From: Octopus vulgaris
Taxonomy: Eukaryota
NCBI GenBank assembly: GCA_951406725.2
Contig: OX597826.1
Location: 30,690,001-30,754,000 of the forward strand
Length of the DNA: 64,000 bases
Direction of reading: 5' to 3'
The translations under genes and the position numbers were made by a program. Positions 53,894 to 64,000 of the stretch are shown here, piece by piece (position 1 is the stretch's first letter; the number at the start of each line of letters is the position of its first letter). The notes beneath the pieces were generated by a model. It searched no databases. It was not told the DNA's origin and saw nothing but the letters and a program-made list of their open reading frames with translations.

Positions 53894-54632
53894 CAGTGGT
53901 TCTCAACTGTTTTTTTTTTTGTTGCTTTTTTTTTTTTATTTTTGGACCCCTTTGGTTACTATTTTACTCCAGAGACTGGACCCTCATAGCTATTCAATGT
54001 TTAAAAGCTAGTTTCATAGATCCTTCTTGCAATTTGTGCCCTCACTGAGAGAACATGTTTCAGTGGCTGGAAAACATAAGACATTGCAGAAAGAAACTTA
54101 GTTGTTTCTTAAGAGGGAACATGTGGAAGGGGTAGACCTAGGAAGACGTGGGACAAAGTGATGAGAAAGGATTTTCAGATATTGGGCATCACAGAGGCAA
54201 TGACAGGGGGCCAAAACCCCTGGCAGTTTGCTATGATTGAGAAGCCACATCAAGCTAAGTAAAACCATAGTTGTCCTTGCATACTGGCATATGGTCACCA
54301 GCATCCCTCTTCATAATTTTGCAGGCTCATGCATGCTGGTGCTACATAAAAAGCACCCATACCGGTGCCATGTAAAAGCACCCACTACACCCTGTAAAAT
54401 GATTGGTGTTAGGAAGGGCATCCAGCCATAGAAATCAAGCCAAAACAGACATGGAACCCAGGCAGGTTATCAACTGCTGTCAAACCGTCCAACCCATGCC
54501 AGCATGGAAGACGGATGTTAAATGATGACGAAATCAAAATGAACCCTTAAAATACTACTATGAACCCCCAGTTTACTATTTTGCTTGCACGGAACCCCAA
54601 AATCTTATATGGACCCCAGAGGAGAATCACTG
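53894..54632. mobile_element. hAT-like non-autonomous element with a nested RTE fragment
   Basis: CAGTGGTTCTC...GAGAATCACTG termini, 8-bp flanks ctctgcat / ttctacat (6/8 match), repeated GGACCCC subterminal motifs. Confidence 0.65.
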
Positions 54633-56236
54633 TTCTACATGATCAATTGATTTGCTAAAAATAGCAGCTGAATCTTTCGCAAATCACACTCCACTGTCTT
54701 AGAAAAGGACACATTGGATAATGCAGTCCTTGGTTTTCTGCATGTAAGCAAAAGATGGGATGGTCATGGCCAGAACGCCTGTGACCAAAACTTTAATTGA
54801 TCAAGACTGACCTGGAGTTAAACAACAACAACAACAGCAGCAACAAAATATAGAATGACAAACATATCAGGGAGACTATACAAGGTTGCTCGAAATGCAA
54901 GAAATAGCAGCCAAATGTCTAGCATCTAAAGAAAAGGGAGCACATGAGATACACTGCATAAGGCAGTCTCAGGTACAGTCACACTGAATAATCTGGATCG
55001 ATGTTCGCCACATATAAGAAAACGACAGGATGGTCATGGATGGAATCGTTTTAATCATGGCTCTATTCAATCAAAGCTGACTTTATGCTAAACACAACAC
55101 CAAGCCGTGTTCACTTCTTGGACTTCGATTCACATTGAAACAAATAGATCTAAGGGAGATAATCCAAATAGGAAAATAAATTTAATTCTACACAGAATTT
55201 CCAACGAAATTTTTACAGACGGAAAAAATTAATTGTAATCGACTTAACATAGAAGCATTCCAGCAGTGACCATCCAGTTTTATTTGCAGAAATAATATAT
55301 CCTGAATTATAATATCACTTGTTTATTTCCTTCTTATTTTTAAAGATAACAGAGAGTTATTTATGAAAGTTTTGCTACCTCCAACTAAAACAAGTGGGAC
55401 TCCGTTGCTTGCATGTTTATAATATATACAGAAAGATTCCTGAAATTTTAAGCACTGGTATCCTTGGGGCTACGAGACAAAACATCTACCCAAGAGGCTG
55501 CACAAGGGGTGTGTGCTTGAAACCACAGGATTTCCAAGTGGAATCTTCAGCCACAGAGCAATGCCCTGGCACCTTTTAAGTAGTGACAAGTCTAAGATTC
55601 TAAACTGTTTTTATATAACCAAAGAAGCATAAGCCATGAAGAAGGTTATGTTCAGAAGGGGACAGCTTTATCTTGTATATACACGTATACACACGCACAC
55701 ACATTCACAAACACACAGATATGTATATATACACACACATATGTATACACACAGACGTATACACATATATGTATACACATACATACATATATATATATAT
55801 ACATATATATATGCACACATATACATACATATGCATACATATATATGTATACACACACACACATATATATATATACACATGCACATATATATATATACAC
55901 ATGCACATATATATATATACACACATATGCATACATAGATATGTATACACACACACATATATATACACATGCACACACACACACACACATATATATATAT
56001 ACATATGCACACATATATATGTATGCACACACATGTATATAAATATACACGTATACATACATGCATGTGCATACATGTATATACATGTCCTTATTTGTAA
56101 ATTGCAGTGGTATGAAACTCAAGCTGCAAGATAAGCATGCCATTGTAATAAAACACACAGTGTGTGTGTGTATACACATTCCCTCCACACACAAACACAT
56201 ACATACATGAATAAACTCGACTCCATATATACTCAC

Positions 56237-56368
56237 CTTCTCAATACCTTCCATCTTTCGCTTAATCTCCAGTTCAACAATGGTTTGGAAGTTTTTCTGT
56301 GAAACCGAGAGCAATTGTTCTCGTCTCAATAAATCTTTCTTTTTCTCAGCCAAAACATGATTTTCTTC
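56237..56368 (-). CDS. CCDC138: CCDC138-like coding exon 4: EENHVLAEKKKDLLRREQLL...EGIEK
   Basis: actcag / gtgagt boundaries, 132 nt. REQLL motif as in CCDC138. Confidence 0.9.
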
Positions 56369-57852
56369 CTGAGTAAAACAACAAAACAACAACAACAGAA
56401 CAATCGGTCAGCCAAAGGAAGCCTCAAATACAAAGACAAAAGTACAACAGAATGGTCATTCACATCAAATTCTATGCCTTTGTGCGACACAGTCTCTCTC
56501 GTTTGTATACATAAGCATACTCCTATGTATAATAGTAGTAGCAGCCCCAGCACCACCTCTTCCTCCTCCTCCTGTAACAGTAAAATCATTCTCAAAATAG
56601 GGCTGCAGTATGGTCATTTAAAAAATCCTTAATTACCATTGTTTAGTGTCAGTTTGCCAATCTGGCATGGGCTGGATGGTATGACAGGATCTAGCAAGCC
56701 AGAGGACTGCACAAAGCTTCAATGTCTTGTTTGGCATGGTTTCTATGGCTGGATGCCCTTCCTAATGCCAACCACTTTACAGTGTGTACTAGGTGCTTTC
56801 TATGTGGTGCCATAGAAAAGTCACCAAGACAAGACTCCCTCTCAACTGTGGAGAGTGTAATTTTGAGGGAGACAACAAGAGAGAGAACTGTAGCAAACCC
56901 CAGTGTCTGCTTTGGCATGATTTCTACGGTGGATTCCGTTCCGAAAGCCAACCACTTTACAGAGTGGGCTGGCTGCTTTTTATGAGGCACCAGCATAAGT
57001 GAGGTTACCAAACAACTTGCAAGACCACCTCAACTAAGGCTGATGTAGTACTGAGAGATAGTTTAGGTGATGAAATGTTAAGAATGATAGAACAGAAACA
57101 GGTGTCTTGCTGTAGTGAAGAGACACAGGTACTCCAGATGGAGAAGGATGAGGATGGTGGTGAAGATGTATCAAGCTACACAAAGGTGAATATAAGAGAA
57201 GGGGTATGGGTGGGTAAGTGTGTTTGTGAGAGAGGAGAGTGGTAGATCGGTAGACCCCTAAGAGTACACAAGTTTCTTCACACATTCTCCCAAAAATTGC
57301 TAGAAAACAGGTGAGAGTTGGCAGCAGAGAGAGCATCCAACTGTAGAAATTCTGCTGCAACAAGTTCTGTTTGACCCATGCTAACAAGGAAAAAGTGGAC
57401 AGGTGTGGCTGTGAGATAAGAAGCTTGCTTCCTAACCACATGGTTTTGGGTTCAGTCCCACTAAGCAGCATCTTGGGCAGATGTCATTTACTATAGCCTT
57501 AGGCTGACCAAAGCCTTGTAGGAGGACCTGGTAGATGGAAACTGAAAGAAGTTCATCATATATGTATGTGTGTGTGTGTGTGTGTCTGTGTTTGTCCACC
57601 ATACCTCTTGACAACTGGTGTTGGTATGTTTATATCCTCATAACCTAGCAGTTCAGCAAAAGAGACTGACAGAATAAGTACCTGGTTTAAAATGAAAAGA
57701 ATACCAGGGTCAATTAGTTTGAGTAAAATCCGAGGCAGTGCCCCAGCATGGCCACAGTCAAATGATTAAAACAATTACAAGATAAATGATAAAAGATTAA
57801 TATGATGTTGATGATGATTATTATGATGATGATGATGTTGATGATGATTATT

Positions 57853-57891
<39 letters not shown>

Positions 57892-57907
57892 TATTTTGAA
57901 ACCTTAC

Positions 57908-58029
57908 CTTAAGTTTGGCACTAATTTTCTGAAGTTCTTGCATAATACCAATCACATTTGATTTGGAACGACTTCTATCATCAGCAGAATCGTAATTATC
58001 ATTATCTACATCATCGTCGTCATCATAAT
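57908..58029 (-). CDS. CCDC138: CCDC138-like coding exon 3: (D)YDDDDDVDND...IMQELQKISAKLK
   Basis: ttgtag / gtaagg boundaries, 122 nt, phase 1 to 0. Resembles CCDC138 IYDELFQIHLKLQ. Confidence 0.87.
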
Positions 58030-58084
58030 CTACAACAAGGAAAGATAACAAATAAATATAATTTATAAATATCATTCTTCAGAG

Positions 58085-58608
58085 ATTAGAAAAATTACTA
58101 TTTTTAAATCTCACAACGAGTGATATTCCACATTGGTACTTTGGAGTAAAGATTGTTTGCCAACATAACATGGCAGTCCTAGTTTAGATCATGTCATATA
58201 GCCAGCTGGAGATGTAATTTAGCTGGGGCTAACTTACAGCAACATTCGTCCTAAACCAGTACTGCCATGTTATGTTGGCAAACAATCTTTACAACAAAGT
58301 ACTGTTGCTGAATATCTCACTTTGTGAGATTTAAAAATAGTAATTTTCTAATTTATAAATCAGTGACTAGTTGCAGCGCCACCTCTAACCCAACAAATAT
58401 TCTGTGCTGATGAAGGGAAATAACCCGAAAATCGCGATACACAGATATTGTTTTGAGCTGAGTGGGGGTGCTTGATTCCCTTGTTTGAAAATAGAAGGAC
58501 ACAGATAGTGTCATATAGCCAGCTGGAGACGATGTCTCCTGGGGCTAAATTACAGCAACATTCGTCCTAAACCAGCACTGCTATGTTATGTTGGCAAACA
58601 ATCTTTAC
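58085..58608 (+). mobile_element. ~315-bp tandem unit with an inverted 5' arm and a hammerhead motif
   Basis: ~58085-58188 is the reverse complement of ~58250-58352, and ~58193-58292 is directly repeated at ~58510-58608. Confidence 0.75.
58401..58445 (+). ncRNA. Minimal type I hammerhead ribozyme motif
   Basis: TCTGTG-CTGATGA-A-GGG-AAATAA-CCC-GAAA-ATCGCGA-TA-CACAGA. Perfect 6-bp stem I, canonical core, palindromic TCGCGA. Confidence 0.8.
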
Positions 58609-58816
58609 CCTATTCTTCAAAGACTTCTAAATTCTAGAAGATAAATTTTGCAAGCATAGCTATGTGGTTAACGAATTCACTTTGCAAACTACATAGTTCC
58701 AGGTTCAGTCCAAGTGCATGGACAAGTGTCTTCTACTATAGCACTGGGCCGACCGAAACCTTGGAAGCAACAGCAGCAGCAACAACAACTATAAGGAAGT
58801 TGTAAACGATTATTAC

Positions 58817-58999
58817 CATTTCCTTCAAGACCTGTAGATTTCCTTGGATGGCATTTACATTGACAGTGGCTGCCAGTATCTGTGTCCATGTTCAGAACCG
58901 ACTGCAAAGATGTACGGCAGAAGTCATACAGGCTTTCTGTAGAATCATCAAAGTTGAGTCCATATCCATTTAATTCTTGCTTTGGGAAAACAGCAGATT
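58817..58999 (-). CDS. CCDC138: CCDC138-like coding exon 2: (E)SAVFPKQELNGYG...RKSTGLEGN
   Basis: cttcag / gtaata boundaries, 183 nt, phase 1-1. Joins in frame to both neighbouring exons. Confidence 0.8.
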
Positions 59000-60309
59000 C
59001 TGAAGTAAACCAAACAATAACCATATAAAAAAACAAAAAAACAAAATGGAAGAGAGAAATCTTGGAACTTAAGAATGAAGCACAGATACATGATATGACC
59101 AGGAGAAAATAATTTGTATAAGCTGATCATCATCATCATTTAACATCTATCTTCCAAGCTGGCATGGGTCGGATAGTTTGATAGGATCCAATGCAGAGGA
59201 CAGCATTGAACTCCTGTGTCTGCTTTGACATAATCTCTACTGCTAGATGCCCTTCTTAATACCAGCTGCTTTACAGAATGTACCAGGTGCACTAGAACTA
59301 GGGGACTCAGCAAGCAATTCATAAGGTAAGACCTCTTAATTGAAGTGGGTATGGCATTGATGGAGGAAATGAGCCGGGGGACTGCATCGACCTCCAATGT
59401 TTGCACTGGCATGACTTCTTTAGCTCTTTTTACTCTTTGATTTGTTTCAGTCATTTGACTGCGGCTATGCTGGAGCACCGTAGAGCAAATCAACCTCAAG
59501 ACTTATTCTTTGTAAGCCTAGTACTTATTCTATTGGTCTCTTTTGCCGAACAGCTAAGTTACGGGGACATAAACACACCAGCATCGGTTGTCAAGCGATG
59601 TTGGGGGAACAAACACACATACATATATACGACGGGCTTCTTTCAGTTTCCATCAACCAAATCTACTCACAAGGCTAGGCTATAGTAGAAGACACTTGCC
59701 CAAAGTGCCACACAGTGGGACTGAACCCGGAACCATGTGGTTGGTAAGCAAGCTACTTACCACACAGCTACTCCTGCTCCTTTCCTAATGCCAAACACTT
59801 TCCAGAATGTACTGGGTGATGGTGACATGTAAAAGCACCCATGCCTGTGATATGTAACAGCCCCCGTGCCAATGACATGTGAAAACATTCATGTCAGTGA
59901 CACAAAAAGTATCCGTGCTGATGACATGAAAAAGCATCTGTGTTGATAACACGTAAAAGGCACCCACTACATTCTTGGAGTGGTTGGCTTTAAGAAGGGC
60001 ATCCAGCCAGAGAAACCATGCCAAATCAGACTAGAACCTGGTGCAGCTCTCCAGCTTACCAGTTCCTGTAAAACTGTCCAACCCATGCCAGCATGGAAAG
60101 CAGATGCTAAATGATGATGATGATGATGATGATGATGATTACCCCTAGAGGGGTTCCCAAGTAAGTCACAAGACAAAGAAAAATCACTTCAGTTGTAAAA
60201 CGGTGGATATTCTTCAGATCCTAGAACAACAAAATGGTAAGTCATTCGGAAATGGTATGAAATCTTGGAGACTGCAATGTAAGAGAATAAAGGAAGAAAT
60301 GCTTCTTAC

Positions 60310-60334
60310 CAATGTCACTGTCTTTGGAAGCCAT
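60310..60334 (-). CDS. CCDC138: CCDC138-like start-codon micro-exon (26-nt exon 60310-60335): MASKDSDI(E)
   Basis: tcttcctttag|AATGGCTTCCAAAGACAGTGACATTG|gtaaga. The phase-1 end is compatible with the next exon. Confidence 0.7.
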
Positions 60335-61089
60335 TCTAAAGGAAGACCCAGTTCTCTGGAGGAAGATGTGACTGAAACAAAAACCAACAGTAAGAAACAA
60401 TAATGCTATATATATATCATTTAACAGCCATCTTCCATGAATGCATGGGTAGGATGGTTCACAGGAGCTGGCCAGGTAGAAAAACTACCCTATGCTATTC
60501 ATAACTGTGTGTATATAAGTATAGGTGCATACATATATATATAGAGAGAGATGTATACATACATATATATATATATATATAAATTTACTTGGCAATGGAT
60601 GCATGGCATTCAATCAAATAATATATATATATATATATATATATTATTCATATTATTATTTGATTGAATGCCACACATCCATTGCTAAGTAAGTTTATAT
60701 ATATGTATATATGTATGTATGTATGTATATCATCATCATCATCATCGTTTAACGTCCGCATTCTATGCGAGCATGAGTTGGACGATTTTGACTGAGGGCT
60801 GGTGAACGAGATGGTTGAACCAGTCTCCAATCTTGATTTGGCAGAGTTTCTACAGCTGGATGCCTTTCCTAACACCAACCACTCTGAGAGTGCAGTGGGT
60901 GCTTTTTACGTGCCACCGGCACGGGGACCAGTCAGGCGGTACTGGCAACAACCTCACTCGAATCCTTTTACACATGCCACCAGGCACAGGTGCCAGTAAG
61001 GCGCCGTTGGTAATGATCACACTCGAATGGTGCCCTTTTACATGCCACTAGCACGGAAGCCAGTCGGCTGCTTTGGCCACGATCACGCT

Positions 61090-61180
<91 letters not shown>

Positions 61181-62424
61181 TATCTGAGTGGTCTTGTTTA
61201 TATTAGTTTTGTGTTTTGCATACATCACAACTATGTCTCCATATATGAAGAAGGAAAGGAATATTTTAAAAAGCATGCAAGGATATAATTGTATCATTTC
61301 GTTATTTGGAGAAGAAAATTTATGGAACAGAACAAAACTTGCAGAGATTACAGTAATTACAAAAGAGAGGAAACAAATGAAACCATAAGAATTGAATCAG
61401 ATTTTACACCACTTCATCACTGTTTCTTTTCATCCATCTACTTTCTACGTCAACCATTCACACTTTCTGGAACTAACCCCTAAATGTCCCGTATCTCTTG
61501 CTCAAATGGTAATAGGCCGACTTTTCCTTACATCTTTTCGAGGTCGATGCAATAAGTACCAGTTATGTACTGGGGTCGATGTAATTGACTAGCCTCCTCT
61601 CCAAAAGTTTCAGGCTTTGTAGAAAGAATTATTACACTAAGAAATAAGACGGCGAGTTGGCAGAAGCGTTAGCACACCGGCAAAATGCTTATCGGTACTT
61701 TGTCTGTCTTTACGTTCTGAGTTCAAATTCCGTCGATGTCGACTTTGCCTTTCATCCTTTCGGGGTCGATTAAATAAGTACCAGTTACGCACTGGTGTCG
61801 ATATAATCGACTTAATCCGTTTGTCTGTCCTTGTTTGTCCTCTCTGTGTTTAGCCCCTTGTGGGTAGTAAAGAAATAGAAATAGGTATTTCACCCATCAC
61901 TAGGTTCTGAGTTCAAATTCCGTCGAAGTCGACTTTGCTTTTTATCCTTTCGGAATCGATAAATTAAACACCAATAAAACAATTGACTCGATGTAATCGA
62001 CTTGTTACCGTTCTCCAAAATTTCAGGCCTTGCACCTTTAGTAGAAAAGATTATTTTGCTAGAAAATATTTACACCGTCCCCAATGTTTGTCAACCCTAA
62101 ATAGGTTAATAAAGAAAATAAGTACCAGTTGAACACTGAGTTTGATGAAATCGCGTTACCCTTCCTCTAAAAGTGCTGGCCCTTTTGTGCCAAAATTTGA
62201 GACCATTATTATTTTTATCTTCCTACTTTTCATCTCTCGATAAAATAAAGTCTAGTCAAGGACTGGAGTCGTCGATAATCTCAACAAAACCCTTTCCCTC
62301 ACAATTACTGGCCTTGTGCCTATATTACTAACAATCAATACAACTTTACGTAAAGTTTAAAAGTTAAATTAGACGAAACTCACAAACGTCGCGTTAAATA
62401 GAACAAAGAATCCGGCGTACTTAC

Positions 62425-62560
62425 TTATCTGCGTTGTATCATTAAAATCAGACACGATAGAGGACCCAAGAACTAAATAAATGTATAAAGACAATCTCGA
62501 AATTGGAACCAAAACTTCGGCCGTTGTCAGGGTTTGAATTTCCCTTAACAACAGTTAACT
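62425..62560 (-). other. Probable 5'UTR exon / promoter-proximal region of the CCDC138-like gene (5' end uncertain)
   Basis: Strong donor GATAA|gtaagt at 62425/62424 in unique, locally CpG-richer sequence. Splicing to the micro-exon puts an in-frame TGA upstream of the ATG. Confidence 0.5.
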
Positions 62561-63294
62561 ACAAAGCTAGTGTCGGTTTATAAACCGCAGCTACGTATTA
62601 CTAACAGGTGGCTGATAATTAGTAATTTAAGTTTTAATTATCAGAGCACTAATATAATATGTTATATATATAAATAGATATATATGAAGCGATAACTATA
62701 AGCATTTACTCTCACTATCAAAGTAGGCTTCATGATGACCTTTCTAGGCCTCTAGGCAAGAATGGCTGAGTGGTTAAGCAGCTGGCTTTGCAACCGCGAA
62801 CTTTTAGGTTCAGTCCAACTACGCAGAACTTTTGATTAGTGTTCTTTTATTATATATTTCTGGGCTAGCCGTTGCTTTATGAGTGAATCTGGTGGGCGGA
62901 AACTATATGGAAGCCCGTCATATATATGTGTGTGTGTGTGTGTGTGTATGTGTGTGTACGTTTGCGTTAGTCCCACCTTACTGCTTGACAGCCGGTGCTG
63001 GTTTCTTTACGTCCCATAACTTAGTGGTTTGGTATAAAAGACATGAGTTGTTCGTTTAAATTGTTCAAGACGGTGCCCCAGTATGGCCACAGTCCAATAA
63101 CTGAAACAAATAAAAGATGAAATATGGAGAGAATGCCTTACGGTATTTTTAACAACGACCCTTTACGTTCTGTTTCCAATTCGGATGAAATCAATTTTGC
63201 TCGTCATCCTTCCAAGAGGCAGTAAAATAAAGTTCCAGCCAAAAACTAAGATTGATATATATTCCTGAAATGTGTTGTAGATATGGATGGAATT

Positions 63295-64000
63295 ATTGGG
63301 ACTTCCATAAATAACGCGGTTTTTTCAGTTGTATGAACTAAAAGTCGGAGGGTGACGGGATAAACTACCTGCGTCAACTTGCTATAAAAGCAGGTAGTAA
63401 TTTTATCTTGTCCTTATTCTTAGTTCAAGTTTTGAAGAGTGCACTTCGATTACAACAGTTATTTTTTCAAAGCTATAATGAAAGTGACAAAGGAGCATAT
63501 TCAGCATATTTTGCTTTATGAGTTCAATAAAGGCAACAAAGCAATGGAAAGTGCGAGGAATATTAATGCAGTATATGGGGATCGGAGAGTAAGCGTAAGC
63601 CAATGTCAATGGTGGTTCCAGAAATTCCGAGTCGGAAACTATAGCCTAGAAGAAGCCTCGTCCTGAAAGATCTGTAGAACTCGGCGAGGACTTCCAGCAA
63701 ACCCTGGTGGAACAAAATCTCAACGTAACTGTTGAGTAACTAGCAGAGAAGCTGGAAGTTGGTCATTCAACCAGTCATTCAAGTCAGCGCTAGAAGAAAA
63801 ACGACCATCTTTGGTTTTAAGACGAAAGGTATTTTTCCATCAGGATAATGATCGGCCACATACAGCGAGGTTGACATTCCAAAGGTTGGAGCAGCTTTGA
63901 ATGGGAAACGATGTCCTACCCACCATATTCGCCGGACACTGCCCCCACCCGATTATCATTTATTCTGCAGTCTTAAAATCATTTGGATGGAAAAAGTATG
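63295..64000 (+). mobile_element. Degenerate, internally deleted mariner transposon
   Basis: TIR-like tattgggacttccataaataa; MKVTKEHIQHILLYEFNKG...WFQKFR; then HQDNDRPHTA and PPYSPDTAPTDYHLF, with stops and frameshifts. Confidence 0.85.

Overview
AT-rich, microsatellite-dense eukaryotic genomic DNA. The SINE/LINE repertoire looks like that of Octopus (recognised by eye, not by search). One host gene spans almost the whole window on the minus strand: a CCDC138 orthologue. I reconstructed 10 coding exons with GT-AG boundaries and consistent phases, from an ATG at 60334 to an exon ending at 8728 (1303 coding nt), plus a probable 5'UTR exon near 62.4 kb. The last exons appear to lie left of the window. 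The introns hold a young, ORF-intact Neptune-type Penelope-like element (RT + GIY-YIG, ~0.8 kb direct pseudo-LTRs), Dong/R4-like and RTE LINE fragments, Tc1/mariner relics, MITEs and many tRNA-derived SINEs. The most striking observation is a set of sequence-distinct, non-coding repeats carrying type I hammerhead ribozyme motifs with palindromic stem III, some with very long stem II arms. They are arranged as tandem or head-to-head copies, often between (TA)n tracts. In the best case (12515-14410, ~600-nt monomer) the inversion junction falls at the predicted ribozyme cleavage site. This suggests retrozyme-like RNAs mobilised in trans by Penelope-like RT; that part is inference and untested.
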